From NCBI GenBank assembly GCA_965248535.1, contig CBDFJR010000002.1:1664001-1728000 (forward strand): a stretch of DNA of 64,000 nt. Reading direction: 5' to 3'. Below, piece by piece: positions 37,576 through 48,115 of the stretch (within the stretch, counting starts at the first letter, position 1; every line of letters starts with the position of its first letter). The notes below the pieces were generated by a model. It worked only from the letters and a program-made list of their open reading frames with translations, was not told the origin of the DNA and ran no database searches. Position numbers and translations under genes: made by a program. Source of the stretch: Phormidesmis sp. Its GTDB lineage: Bacteria; Cyanobacteriota; Cyanobacteriia; Leptolyngbyales; Leptolyngbyaceae.

Positions 37576-39716
37576 CGGCTTGGGCTACTTCTAGACAACG
37601 TAAAATAGAATGTGGTTCTTTGCCCTGGCTGCGACTCAAACCAAATGCGTCCTCCATGTCGCTCGACAATTTTTTTACACAGAGCTAATCCGATTCCGGT
37701 GCCGGGATATTTGCTGCGTGAATGCAGTCTCTGAAAGATTGCAAAGATGCGATCGTGATATTGAGACTCAATGCCAATGCCGCGATCGCTTACATAAAAT
37801 GTCGTTTCGGTGTCGTTATGGCTTAACACTCCGATGTGAATGTGCGGGGCTTCTGATCGCCGAAATTTAAGCGCGTTTCCAATCAGGTTTTGAAAAAGCT
37901 GAGTTAATTGGGTGGCATCGGCCGTGACGTTGGGGAGCAGATCATGGGTGATCACCGCCTCATTTTCTTGAATGGCGAGTTGCAGATTGGCGATCGCCCG
38001 CTTCAAGGCCATATCGCTGTCTACATTAGTGAACGGCTGCCCGCGAGTGCTGACCCGTGAGAAGATCAACAAATCTCGAATCAAGATTTGCATCCGCTCT
38101 GCCCCTTCGATCGCATAGTTAATAAACTCGTCTGCGCTGGCATCAAGCTGAAGTTTATAGCGTCGCTCTAAGAGTTGCAAATAGCTAATCACCATTCGCA
38201 GCGGTTCTTGCAAATCGTGAGACGCAACGTAGGCAAATTGTTCTAACTCAGAATTCGATCGGGTTAGTTCTTGGCGTTGATAAGTTTCTTGCTCTAGCAG
38301 TTGTGATTGTGTGATCGCGATGCCGATCTGGTTGGCGAGTTGCTGTAATAATTCTGTTTCAAAATCGCTCCACTGTCGTGGGTGATTGCATTGGTGAGCA
38401 ATCAGCAATCCCCAAAGATTTTCTCGGCAATGGATCGGGACGACGAGATTTGCTTTGACTTCAAACGTCTGCAAAAACCGACGATGACACGCCTGAATGT
38501 GAGCAGATTGGATATCGGCGATCGCGCTGACTCGGCCCGATCGATATTTCTCTCGATAGTCTTGATGAAAACAGTGATCAATAATCTCTTTTCCCTGCGA
38601 GACTGTGTAGGGCGGCAGCACGGCTTCTTGCACTACCTGCCCCGCTCCATCTGCATGAAGTTGAAAGATCAGGACGCGATCGGCGCTCAATAGTTTTTGA
38701 ATCTCTCGAACTGTGATCTGCAAAATCTCATCTAGCTGCAACGATTGGCGAATTTTGAGCGTGATTTCGGTGAATAATTGATGGCTCAAATTTTGAAGCT
38801 GAAGCTCGGACTCAGCCCGCTTGCGATCGCTGATGTCAATACAAGATCCGATGTAGCCTAAAAAACGTCCCCCCGACGTAAACCGCGGCACGCCCGTATC
38901 CAAGATCCAGCGATAGTTACCATCGTGTCGCCGCAGTCGATATTCCATGCAGAACGATCGCTGGGACTCAAACGCTGATTGATAGACGGCTAAACAAGCG
39001 GCCAAATCTTCAGGGTGAACGCCCTCGGCCCAGCCGTTGCCCATTTCTTGCTCTGGGGTGCGCCCCGTAAAGTCGAGCCAGAATTGGTTAAAAAAAGTGC
39101 ATCCCGCATCGGTTCCAGAAGTCCAGAGCAGCACGGGGGCGCTGTCTGCCATGGTGCGAAACCGTTCTTCGCTTTCTCGCAAGGACTCTTCGACTTTCTT
39201 TTGCTTGACGCTCACCTGAGCTAAAACCCTGAGATTGCGCCTCAACTCTAGTTGAGTGATCACCTGCTGACCCAGCGCTTCTAGTGATTGAATCTGGTCG
39301 ATCGTGAGGTGTCGGGGCACGAGATCAATGACACACAGCGTCCCGATCGCGTCTCCGGTCGGCGTGATCAGCGGCACCCCGGCATAAAAGCGCACATAGG
39401 GTGCCGCCTGAACAACGAGATTGTTTGCCCACCGCTCATCGGCTTGGGCATCTGGCACAATCAGGGTTTCTCGCTGCTTGAGGCAATCTAGACAGAGGCC
39501 AATCTCTAGCGGCAGTTCTGTAATATCTATGCCAATCTTGGCTTTAAACCACTGGCGATCGTCAGAAATTAAATTGATCAGCGCGATCGGGGTTTGACAA
39601 ATCTGAGCCGCTAACATCGCCAAATCATCAAACGATTGCTCAGAGTCACTGTCAAGAATCTGATATTGCTGCAAGGCGATGAGCCGGGATTGCTCGGCGA
39701 TCGAGGCGAGTTCCAT
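37572..39716 (-). CDS. GAF-PAS-GAF histidine kinase with DXCF cyanobacteriochrome domain
   Basis: Second GAF has DHCF and ACH bilin-binding motifs; ASHDLQEPLR H-box. Confidence 0.88.
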   Translation of the reverse strand: MELASIAEQSRLIALQQYQILDSDSEQSFDDLAMLAAQICQTPIALINLISDDRQWFKAKIGIDITELPLEIGLCLDCLKQRETLIVPDAQADERWANNLVVQAAPYVRFYAGVPLITPTGDAIGTLCVIDLVPRHLTIDQIQSLEALGQQVITQLELRRNLRVLAQVSVKQKKVEESLRESEERFRTMADSAPVLLWTSGTDAGCTFFNQFWLDFTGRTPEQEMGNGWAEGVHPEDLAACLAVYQSAFESQRSFCMEYRLRRHDGNYRWILDTGVPRFTSGGRFLGYIGSCIDISDRKRAESELQLQNLSHQLFTEITLKIRQSLQLDEILQITVREIQKLLSADRVLIFQLHADGAGQVVQEAVLPPYTVSQGKEIIDHCFHQDYREKYRSGRVSAIADIQSAHIQACHRRFLQTFEVKANLVVPIHCRENLWGLLIAHQCNHPRQWSDFETELLQQLANQIGIAITQSQLLEQETYQRQELTRSNSELEQFAYVASHDLQEPLRMVISYLQLLERRYKLQLDASADEFINYAIEGAERMQILIRDLLIFSRVSTRGQPFTNVDSDMALKRAIANLQLAIQENEAVITHDLLPNVTADATQLTQLFQNLIGNALKFRRSEAPHIHIGVLSHNDTETTFYVSDRGIGIESQYHDRIFAIFQRLHSRSKYPGTGIGLALCKKIVERHGGRIWFESQPGQRTTFYFTLSRSSPSR

Positions 39717-39986
39717 GAGGGTGGCTCCGGGTCGCTCAGAGATTTATGTTATTGAGGCATTTTTAGTTTAATGTTCTCTTGCAAAGGTTGGACTTTTATG
39801 ACGCAAAACTCAACTTTTGTGAAAAAACTCTCATATTTCTTGGCCAATCTTGCTCCAAATCTTAACCACTTCAGGAATCTACACGGACTCGATCGAGCCA
39901 AAATCCTTGATCGAATACAATAGGAGTTGGCAAAGAGTCCCTTAGCTCAGGGGTCTAACCTCTGTTTTCATTTGAGATTGACGTGA

Positions 39987-40322
39987 ATGGCTGATTCCAG
40001 TTCAGAAATTACTCCGCAAATTTTAAAAGCGATCGACGTTTTAGAAGGGCTAGAAGACCTGCTTGATTTAGCCTCTAATGACGAAATCGAAGCAATCTTA
40101 CAAGAAGCGTGGATTAAAGTCACCGATACGTTTCCAGAAGATTTTAAAGATGCGACCGCCGAAGATGCCAGTGCAGAAGGGTTGCGGCGCTACATTCGAG
40201 TTAAAGCTTTTTTCTCTAATCCGACCGAAAAATCGATTAGTCGCTTAGATCTAGAGCTTTATTATCGCAACCACGTTCTGTCGATCGATGAAGACTCACC
40301 CGATTTCTTTTTGCCTGATTAA
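39987..40322 (+). CDS. Hypothetical acidic protein
   Basis: 111-aa ORF directly upstream of and co-oriented with the next gene. Confidence 0.6.
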   Translation: MADSSSEITPQILKAIDVLEGLEDLLDLASNDEIEAILQEAWIKVTDTFPEDFKDATAEDASAEGLRRYIRVKAFFSNPTEKSISRLDLELYYRNHVLSIDEDSPDFFLPD

Positions 40323-40327
40323 CGCTA

Positions 40328-41431
40328 ATGATCAACCGCATCAACCGCAAAGGGCTATTTGGACTGATTGCGATCGGGGCGATCGTGCTGTTAACGATTT
40401 TTGCGGCTCCTAGCCATAACCGTCAGCAGGTAAGCGGGTCTACATTTAGCCATGCGCCCGATGGCTATGGCGCTTGGTATGCCTACATGGAGCGGCAGGG
40501 CGCTTCTATTCAGCGCTTGCAAAAACCCTGGACAGACGGGCTAACCCGTTCATCTCCCGCGACGTTTTTGCGGATCGATGCTGATGGTCAAAGCGGGGCT
40601 GGCTCAATGGCGCTGGGGTCTGAGCAAGAACGCTGGCTTCGCAATGGCAACACGCTGATTGTTTTGGGTGCGCCAGCCCTGTCTACCGATCGCCCCTTTA
40701 CGACCATGCAGACTAGCGATCGGGGCTTGGTCAAAGTCGAGACGACTCGCCGATGGCAACTCAATGGACAAAAGCAGCTTTTAGGCGATCAAGGGGGCGC
40801 GATCGTGTGGCAAACCCCTGTTGGCAAAGGCCGCATCATCTTCGCCAGCACTCCCTATCTGGCCGCCAACGCCTACCAAGACGAGCCAGGAAACTTTGCA
40901 TTTTTGGCTCAACTAGTCCGGCAAAACGGCGGCTCTATCTGGGTTGACGAATATATTCATGGCTATAAAGAAGCGGCGATCGTCGCCCGCGAAGGAAAGG
41001 GCAGTTGGGTGGGCTATCTGAGCAAAACGCCACTGCTGCCGATTTTGGTGCAGTTGGGAGTGGTGTTGCTGGTGTTGATCTGGGCAGCTAATCGTCGCTT
41101 TGGGTCACCGCTGCCGTTGACAAGCGTTAAACCCGATAACAGCGAGGCTTATATTCAGGCATTGGCGGGCGTTTTGCACAAAGCGGGTCGCAGTGAGTTT
41201 GTGCTGGATGGAGTCGGCAAACACGAGCAGCTACAGATTCAAAAAGCGCTGGGTCTGGGTTCGACTCTGCTGGAAGTAGAAGCGATCGTTGAAGCCTGGA
41301 CTCAGCAAACAGGTCGCCCAGCCGCCGAGTTAGAACAGGTTTTGCAGGCTCGAAGCGGCCAACGCCTCAGCGAGCTAGACCTGCTCACCTGGGTTAAAAA
41401 TATCCAACTCGTGCGGCAAAAGCTGCCCTAA
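40328..41431 (+). CDS. DUF4350-like membrane-anchored protein
   Basis: N-terminal TM, ST...PDGY, DEYIHG, W...RRFG. Confidence 0.75.
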   Translation: MINRINRKGLFGLIAIGAIVLLTIFAAPSHNRQQVSGSTFSHAPDGYGAWYAYMERQGASIQRLQKPWTDGLTRSSPATFLRIDADGQSGAGSMALGSEQERWLRNGNTLIVLGAPALSTDRPFTTMQTSDRGLVKVETTRRWQLNGQKQLLGDQGGAIVWQTPVGKGRIIFASTPYLAANAYQDEPGNFAFLAQLVRQNGGSIWVDEYIHGYKEAAIVAREGKGSWVGYLSKTPLLPILVQLGVVLLVLIWAANRRFGSPLPLTSVKPDNSEAYIQALAGVLHKAGRSEFVLDGVGKHEQLQIQKALGLGSTLLEVEAIVEAWTQQTGRPAAELEQVLQARSGQRLSELDLLTWVKNIQLVRQKLP

Positions 41432-41459
41432 CGATCGGGGATTAAATAATTTGCATAAC

Positions 41460-41490
41460 AAAAGCCTTCTGACTGACGGGATCAAAAGGC
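41460..41490 (-). terminator. Likely intrinsic terminator of rpsD
   Basis: Minus strand GCCTTTTGA-N9-TCAGAAGGC followed by TTTTGTT. Confidence 0.55.
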
Positions 41491-41542
41491 CTTGCAAAAT
41501 ATTTCGAGTGCCGCGTAAATCTCGATCGTAGCTCTAGCGAGA

Positions 41543-42151
41543 TTAAGCCTGACGGGAGTAGTACTCAACCACCAGCAGTTCATTGATTTGAATCGCGATC
41601 CATTCGCGCTCAATCACACTATTCACTTTGCCTGTGAGCTTGTTTTTATCAAACTCTAAGTGACTCGGTAGGTTTGCCAAACCAGGATACTGCAAGTTTT
41701 GCTCAACTAACTTGCGAGAAGCCTCTTTGTCTTTGACCGCAACCACATCACCAGGGCGACACTGATAGCTGGCAATATCGACGACGCGACCGTTAACGGT
41801 GACGTGCCCATGATTGACTAGCTGACGCGCACCCGGAATGGTCGGAGCCATGCCCATGCGAAACACCGTGTTATCTAGACGCATTTCGAGCAGTTGCAGC
41901 AACACTTGCCCGGTAGAGCCAGAGGCCCGACGAGCTTTTCTGACATAGCGCAGCAACTGACGCTCGTTAACGCCATAGTTAAAGCGGAGCTTTTGTTTTT
42001 CTTCTAAACGAACGGCGTATTCAGAGCGCTTTTTGCGTTCTTGCCCGTGTTGACCGGGGGGATATGCCCGCCTGGGTGACTTGCGGGTTAGACCGGGTAG
42101 GTCTCCTAAACGCCGCACAATTCTTAAGCGCGGACCTCGATATCGCGACAT
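41543..42151 (-). CDS. rpsD: 30S ribosomal protein S4
   Basis: MSRYRGP, PGQHG, EKQK, LEMRLDN, VEYYSR. Confidence 0.98.
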   Translation of the reverse strand: MSRYRGPRLRIVRRLGDLPGLTRKSPRRAYPPGQHGQERKKRSEYAVRLEEKQKLRFNYGVNERQLLRYVRKARRASGSTGQVLLQLLEMRLDNTVFRMGMAPTIPGARQLVNHGHVTVNGRVVDIASYQCRPGDVVAVKDKEASRKLVEQNLQYPGLANLPSHLEFDKNKLTGKVNSVIEREWIAIQINELLVVEYYSRQA

Positions 42152-42250
42152 TCTGACTTCCTCGTCTCGAAAATTTAGACAGCTTATCTAGTATAGAGGG
42201 TGAAGCTGTTAACTTCAAACTAAGATGATCTTTTTGAGGGCGATCGTCCT

Positions 42251-42496
42251 ATGAAACTGCTGCTGATCGGACTGGTTCGTGGCTATCGAGTCTTTATTTC
42301 GCCCTGGCTTTTGCCGTCGTGTCGGTTTCAGCCCACTTGTTCACAGTATGCGATCGTAGCCCTCGATCGTCACGGAGCTTTAAAAGGCAGTTGGCTGGCA
42401 ACGTGCCGCATCTGTCGCTGCCATCCGTTTAATGCAGGAGGTTACGATCCGGTGCCTGATCTCAAAACATCTGACAGGTCTGAGAAGCCGGAATAA
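42251..42496 (+). CDS. yidD: Membrane protein insertion efficiency factor
   Basis: [22 protein letters not shown]. Confidence 0.93.
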   Translation: MKLLLIGLVRGYRVFISPWLLPSCRFQPTCSQYAIVALDRHGALKGSWLATCRICRCHPFNAGGYDPVPDLKTSDRSEKPE

Positions 42497-42524
42497 ATGA
42501 CGCGAGAAATGTCGTCTGAGAATG

Positions 42525-43142
42525 CTATTCGCGGATGTCTGCCTGTTTGCGTTCGCTGTGGCGATCGGTTAAATGATCAACGTGATCGCGCAGCAAAACC
42601 GTGAATTTATAGAGTTCTTCCATCACATCGACGACGCGATCGCGGTAGGCAGAGTCTTTCATCGTGCCATCGTCGTTAAATTCTTGATAGGCTTTGGCAA
42701 CCGAAGACTGATTGGGAATTGTAAACATTCGCATCCAACGCCCCAAAATTCGCAGGGTGTTGACTGCATTAAAAGACTGTGACCCGCCACTGACTTGCAT
42801 CACGGCTAAGGTTCTGCCTTGAGTGGGTCGAACGGCCCCGATCGTCAGCGGAATCCAATCAATCTGATTCTTAAAAATCCCAGAAATGTTGCCGTGCATC
42901 TCAGGGCTTGACCAAACCTGACCTTCTGACCATTGACTCAACTCGCGTAGCTCTTGCACTTTGGGGTGAGTGTCGGGCACACTGCCATAAATTGGTAGCT
43001 CAAGCGGGTCAAAAAACCGCACCTCTGCCCCAAACTCTTGCAAGATTCGAGCCGCTTCTTCGGCTAATAGGCGACTATAGGAGCGATCGCGCAACGAGCC
43101 ATACAAAAACAAAATTCTAGGCGGATGATCGGCAGTCGTCAT
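42525..43142 (-). CDS. arsH: Arsenical resistance protein ArsH
   Basis: [33 protein letters not shown]. Confidence 0.95.
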   Translation of the reverse strand: MTTADHPPRILFLYGSLRDRSYSRLLAEEAARILQEFGAEVRFFDPLELPIYGSVPDTHPKVQELRELSQWSEGQVWSSPEMHGNISGIFKNQIDWIPLTIGAVRPTQGRTLAVMQVSGGSQSFNAVNTLRILGRWMRMFTIPNQSSVAKAYQEFNDDGTMKDSAYRDRVVDVMEELYKFTVLLRDHVDHLTDRHSERKQADIRE

Positions 43143-43194
43143 AGTTCGGCGTTTAGATTTCTAAAACTCAAGTAAGCATCAGGTCGGGCTGCGC

Positions 43195-43590
43195 TTAAGC
43201 ACTGAGCGTATCGATCAGTTTGATAACCCGTTCTCTAACTTCATCTCGCACTCTTGGAAAGATTTCCAATTGTTCTGCGGGGTCGTCAAGCTGCCAATCT
43301 TCAAACACGCCCCGCGTCACCCACTCAGGCGGCAAATTTACGCCACAGCCACAGAGAGAAATCACGGCATCGAAATCTTCTGGTTTGAACTCACTCAAGG
43401 CATTTGAGGTTTGATGGCTAATGTCAATGCCCACATCGTTCATTGTCGCGATCGCTTCCGGTCTGACCTGACTCGCCTCTAATCCTGAACTCGTCACCTC
43501 AATCGTTCCGGCTCCTAAGTGCTTGGCGAAACCCTCTGCCATCTGAGAACGGGCAGAGTTCTTTTTACAAACGAACATTACGCGCTTCAT
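43195..43590 (-). CDS. arsC: Arsenate reductase (cyanobacterial LMW-PTP type)
   Basis: CKKNSARSQMAE, SLCGCG, DDP. Confidence 0.92.
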   Translation of the reverse strand: MKRVMFVCKKNSARSQMAEGFAKHLGAGTIEVTSSGLEASQVRPEAIATMNDVGIDISHQTSNALSEFKPEDFDAVISLCGCGVNLPPEWVTRGVFEDWQLDDPAEQLEIFPRVRDEVRERVIKLIDTLSA

Positions 43591-43616
43591 GATTAACTTT
43601 CTCCTAAATTTTAGAA

Positions 43617-44690
43617 CTATAGCCCTGTTGATTGAGCGTCTCTGAAGTAACGCCGTTCAAACCAGAACGCTAAGTTGACGAGTGCAATTAAAGCAGGCAC
43701 TTCTACTAACGGCCCGACCACTGCCGCAAACGCAGCCCCGGAGTTGATGCCAAACACCGCAACGGCAACGGCGATCGCTAACTCAAAGTTATTCCCGGCA
43801 GCAGTAAATGCAACGCTGGCAGATTTAGCATAATCAGCTTTTATCCGCCATGCCAGATAAAAGCTAACCAAGAACATGATTGCGAAGTAGATCATTAGGG
43901 GAATGGCAATTCGCACAACATCCATCGGAATCTGAACAATCTTTTCTCCTTGCAGACTGAACATAACGACGATCGTGAACAACAGCGCAATTAAGGTAAT
44001 CGGGCTAATTTTAGGAATGAATTCTTCGTGATACCAGCGTTTGCCCTTGGCTCTGACCAAGAAAAATCGAGTGAAATATCCGGCTAAGAAAGGAATGCCC
44101 AGATAGATGAACACGCTCTTAGCAATCTCGGCAATGCTCACGTTGACCACACTGGACTGCAAGCCAAACATCGGCGGCAACACCGTCAGAAAAAACCAGG
44201 CAAACGGGCTGTAGAAAATTACCTGAAAGATGCTGTTAAAGGCAACTAATCCAGCCGTGTATTCGGTGTTGCCCCGCGCCAAATCGCTCCACACCACAAC
44301 CATGGCGATGCAGCGGGCTAGCCCAATCAAAATCAGACCCACCATATATTCGGGATAGCTTCTGAGAAAGGTGATTGCCAGCCCAAACATCAAAACTGGG
44401 CCAATCACCCAATTGAGCAGCAGCGATAATCCGAGAATCTTGCGGTTGCGAAAGACATCGCCTAACTCTTCATATCGGACTTTGGCGAGGGGTGGATACA
44501 TCATCAGAATCAGCCCGATCGCGATCGGGATATTAGTCGTCCCCACCTGAAACTGATGCACAAATTGCTCAATGCTGGGAATGTAGTAGCCCAAGGCGAC
44601 CCCGATCGCCATTGCCAAAAAAATCCACAGCGTCAGGAAGCGATCGAGAAAGGAAAGCTGTTTGACCTTAACAACTGCTGTTGTCGCCAT
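43617..44690 (-). CDS. acr3: ACR3-family arsenite efflux pump
   Basis: [28 protein letters not shown]. Confidence 0.95.
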   Translation of the reverse strand: MATTAVVKVKQLSFLDRFLTLWIFLAMAIGVALGYYIPSIEQFVHQFQVGTTNIPIAIGLILMMYPPLAKVRYEELGDVFRNRKILGLSLLLNWVIGPVLMFGLAITFLRSYPEYMVGLILIGLARCIAMVVVWSDLARGNTEYTAGLVAFNSIFQVIFYSPFAWFFLTVLPPMFGLQSSVVNVSIAEIAKSVFIYLGIPFLAGYFTRFFLVRAKGKRWYHEEFIPKISPITLIALLFTIVVMFSLQGEKIVQIPMDVVRIAIPLMIYFAIMFLVSFYLAWRIKADYAKSASVAFTAAGNNFELAIAVAVAVFGINSGAAFAAVVGPLVEVPALIALVNLAFWFERRYFRDAQSTGL

Positions 44691-44743
44691 AAAATGCCGC
44701 CAAATAAAACACGAGGCGCAAAAACGCGAACCTCTTCTAATGA

Positions 44744-44767
44744 ATATATCAACTTTTATTGATATAT
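44744..44767. promoter_or_regulatory. ArsR operator
   Basis: ATATATCAA-CTTTTA-TTGATATAT, matching the ATCAA-N6-TTGAT cyanobacterial ArsR box, upstream of acr3. Confidence 0.8.
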
Positions 44768-44831
44768 GATCACTGATTAATGCGAGCCTTTAGAAATTAA
44801 GTTGAATTACTTTGCATTCAGAAAAGATGAG

Positions 44832-45158
44832 CTAGTCATCACGGCAAATGCGAGCCGGGGCAATCTGACTAAACCGTCGATAGTCTGCCAGATATTGCTC
44901 GATCGCGATAAACTGAGGCAAATTGAGACGGTAATAGATCCAGCGCCCTTCTTGACGAGTCTTAACCAATTGAGCTTCTTTGAGAGTTTTGAGGTGAAAC
45001 GACAGTTTTGATTGCGGCACGTCTAGCACCTCGCACAATTCGCAGACGCAAAGCTCCTGATCTCGCAAAAGCTCTAGAACTTGAATGCGAAGCGGATCAG
45101 AGAGGGCATGAAATCCCAAAACAACTAAAGTTGGTGTTTTTATAGTCTGCTTCATCAA
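44832..45158 (-). CDS. arsR: ArsR/SmtB repressor
   Basis: ELCVCEL, QSKLSFHL, GRWIYY. Confidence 0.93.
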   Translation of the reverse strand: MMKQTIKTPTLVVLGFHALSDPLRIQVLELLRDQELCVCELCEVLDVPQSKLSFHLKTLKEAQLVKTRQEGRWIYYRLNLPQFIAIEQYLADYRRFSQIAPARICRDD

Positions 45159-45231
45159 CTTTACTGAAAGAACGTCCTAGTTTTAAATCATTCAATTTGC
45201 TGCGATCGTCCCTTTAAGGATGACCACCGAC

Positions 45232-46437
45232 TTAACAACAGCTATCGGTGCTGCACGATGACTTCGACTCACTTTTAAGGGTGACCCGATAGTCTAAACC
45301 CTTGGTATCACGCGGGTCGCGGACGGCATCCCCAGAGCAGTTGAACGCCTGAGCAGACTCTAAAGCAATCTCGTTGTGAGGCAACACCGGAATTAAATCA
45401 CCGTGATAGGGGCTGCTGGCATCGGTGTAGAGGTGAAAGGTTTTGTCGCAGACTGCCATGCGTTCGCCGCGATAGAGCGTGTGCCCGTCATCGTCTTGCA
45501 CTGCCCGCCACGGCCCTTTATAGATGACGGCTTGATGGCGCTCCCAGCAGTCGCCCTGCTTGCCTTTAAAAGCGCGGACAGTCAGCGATCGGAACTCAAC
45601 CCCATCGATCACCTGCCAGGGTTCTGCCTGTCTGCTCAAGATCTCGATGCCGTGAAACCCAGCCCGCTCAAACATTTCGAGAAATCCGTCTTCTCTAAAG
45701 GCACCTGCAATGCAGCCGCTCCACAGATCGGGGTCGTTGAGAATCACGGGAGTGGGGTTTTCATCGCAGACAATATCAGAAATCACCGCCCGTCCGCCTC
45801 GCTTGAGCACCCGAAAGATTTCATCAAAAAGCTGCGCTTTGTCTTGAGGACGCACCAAATTTAACACACAGTTAGAAATCACCACATCGACGCTATCAGA
45901 CTCAATTAAGGGCTGTTCTTGCCGGAGGCGATCGCACTCGGTTTCAAAGCTAGCGAGTTGCGCGATCGCGGCGATCGGGTTCTGAGTTAACCAAGCCTGA
46001 ACCTGATCCAGATTCAACGCCAGATCTTGAATCTTGGCTTTGACAAACTCGACATTGTGATAGCCAAATTTATCGCCCATTTCAGTCAGATATTTGCGCG
46101 ACAGATTGAGCATTTCATCATTGAAGTCAACCCCAATAATTCGCCCGGCTTGGCCCACTTTTTGCGCGAGAATGTAGCAGTTTTTTCCAGCACCTGATCC
46201 CAGATCGACGACCGTTTCGCCCAGGCCCACATAGCGAGTTGGGTCGCCACAGCCATAGTCTTTTTCAATGATTTCTGATGGCAAAGCCTCTAGATAGCGG
46301 CTGTCATAACCATCAGTGGGACAACAGAGTTCGGCTTGGGGCTGTTGGGCCCCGGCTCCATAGCGTTTTAAGACTGCCTGTTCAATATCGTAGGTGACAG
46401 GGTTTGGAGTCAGCGAGTCAGTTGCAAGGTCAGTCAT
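45232..46437 (-). CDS. arsM: ArsM-like arsenite S-adenosylmethyltransferase
   Basis: CC, YGCGDP, VDLGSGAG, SNCV, SGCIAGA; in ars cluster. Confidence 0.75.
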   Translation of the reverse strand: MTDLATDSLTPNPVTYDIEQAVLKRYGAGAQQPQAELCCPTDGYDSRYLEALPSEIIEKDYGCGDPTRYVGLGETVVDLGSGAGKNCYILAQKVGQAGRIIGVDFNDEMLNLSRKYLTEMGDKFGYHNVEFVKAKIQDLALNLDQVQAWLTQNPIAAIAQLASFETECDRLRQEQPLIESDSVDVVISNCVLNLVRPQDKAQLFDEIFRVLKRGGRAVISDIVCDENPTPVILNDPDLWSGCIAGAFREDGFLEMFERAGFHGIEILSRQAEPWQVIDGVEFRSLTVRAFKGKQGDCWERHQAVIYKGPWRAVQDDDGHTLYRGERMAVCDKTFHLYTDASSPYHGDLIPVLPHNEIALESAQAFNCSGDAVRDPRDTKGLDYRVTLKSESKSSCSTDSCC

Positions 46438-46600
46438 GGTTGTGTTGGAGGGATCTCTTGGATTTAGTCTAAGCGCTTCTAGGTTGGCAAAGTTGAGCCG
46501 TTTCTGAAGAAAGTCTGAAACTCAGCCCTCGGTGAGGGTTATTCTCTCAATCAATTACCTAGGATGCTGGTCTGAGCTTGCATTATTGGGAGAGATTTAG

Positions 46601-47551
46601 ATGGAATATCGGCACTTAGGAAAACAGGGCGTTCGCGTTTCGGAAGTTTGTTTGGGGTCGTGGCTCACCTATGGCGCAGCAAAAGATGCCGCGATCGCCC
46701 GTGACTGCATTGAGAAAGCCTATGATTTGGGCGTTAATTTCTTTGACACCGCCAACGTTTACGCACGAGGAGCCGCCGAAAAAGTGGTCGGAAGTGTTTT
46801 GGGGCAATATCCCCGTGAGTCTTATGTGTTGGCGACAAAAGTTTATTTTCCAATGGGGCCAGGAGCCAACGATCGGGGTTTGTCGCGCAAACACATTATC
46901 GAACAGTGCAATGCCAGCCTTAAGCGTCTGAATGTGGACTACATCGATCTCTATCAGGCGCATCGCTACGATGCTAGTGTGCCGTTGTCTGAGACGCTAA
47001 TGGCGTTTGATCATCTGGTGCAGCAGGGCAAGATTCTCTACTATGGCGTGTCAGAGTGGAGTGCAGGACAACTTGCTCATGCGGCAGACTTGACCCGATT
47101 GGCGGGGCTGGCGGCGATCGCCTCTAATCAACCTCAATACAGCCTGATCAAACGAGATATTGAATCGGAAATCATGCCGCTCTGTCAGCGTGAAGGCATT
47201 GGCGTGATCAACTTTTCGCCTCTGGCTCAAGGCATTCTCACGGGCAAATATAAGCCCGGTGAGGCGCTACCTGAAGGATCTCGCGCCAGCGACCCCAAAC
47301 AAAACTCGTTTATGAATAAGGGAGAATTGGATCAAGATTTGCTCACGAGAGTTCAAAAATTGGTGCCTTTGGCAGAGCAAGAAGGCTTAACATTGAGTCA
47401 ACTAGCGCTAGCTTGGTGTCTGCGAAATGAGGCTCTGAGTAGTGTGATTATTGGAGCGACAAAAGCGGCGCAGGTAGAAGACAACGTAAAAGCATCGGGT
47501 CGGAAGCTGTCGTCAGAGACATTGAGCGCGATCGAGACTCTCTTCGGTTAA
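46601..47551 (+). CDS. Aldo/keto reductase (Kv-beta-like)
   Basis: LGSWLTYG, DTANVY, GLSRKHI, SPLAQG. Confidence 0.92.
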   Translation: MEYRHLGKQGVRVSEVCLGSWLTYGAAKDAAIARDCIEKAYDLGVNFFDTANVYARGAAEKVVGSVLGQYPRESYVLATKVYFPMGPGANDRGLSRKHIIEQCNASLKRLNVDYIDLYQAHRYDASVPLSETLMAFDHLVQQGKILYYGVSEWSAGQLAHAADLTRLAGLAAIASNQPQYSLIKRDIESEIMPLCQREGIGVINFSPLAQGILTGKYKPGEALPEGSRASDPKQNSFMNKGELDQDLLTRVQKLVPLAEQEGLTLSQLALAWCLRNEALSSVIIGATKAAQVEDNVKASGRKLSSETLSAIETLFG

Positions 47552-47560
47552 GTCTCAGCC

Positions 47561-47594
47561 AGACCTTCGACTTTTTTAGAGAAGTCGGAGGTCT
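47561..47594. repeat. Palindromic intergenic repeat
   Basis: AGACCTTCGACTTTT...AGAAGTCGGAGGTCT, same family as 35181. Confidence 0.55.
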
Positions 47595-48115
47595 AGTCTA
47601 AATCAGGGGTTCTCGATTGATTAAAAATAGTTTTTGACTGTTATTTGATATTAACGATTTTGTATCTAAATCTATCTATTCATCACTGTGGTTTTGACCA
47701 ATAACGGCGAGAAAGGTAACAAAAAATAATTGGAATAATCGCAGCTTCAATCACTGAAACCCTTATCTAGAGTGATTTTTGCTGTAGTTAAAGATTTACT
47801 TATAGATTCTATTGGATAATTCTTTGGTTATCCATAGAAATTTGCTTTACTTTCAAACACTTGAACAGTAGTCTTAGTTTTAAGCGTTCAGTTAGTTAAA
47901 TGACAAGCAATAAACTGATTGGCAATGTCAATGCTAATCATTGCTTTAATTCAATGAAGGTTAAACTCATTGATTAATTTGAACGATCATTCTTAACTCT
48001 AATTTTTGACTCAATTCTTGACGAGATTTATCTCGTGAAAATTGCTGTCTACCTTTTTCTGCCCGGTAGCATTTGCTTGCCGGGAACCCGATCGCTTTAT
48101 CAAAAGGAGAGAATC

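Noticed and set aside
47600..48030. Specific CmpR/LysR boxes upstream of cmpA
   Set aside because: Region is so AT-rich that T-N11-A patterns cannot be assigned by eye
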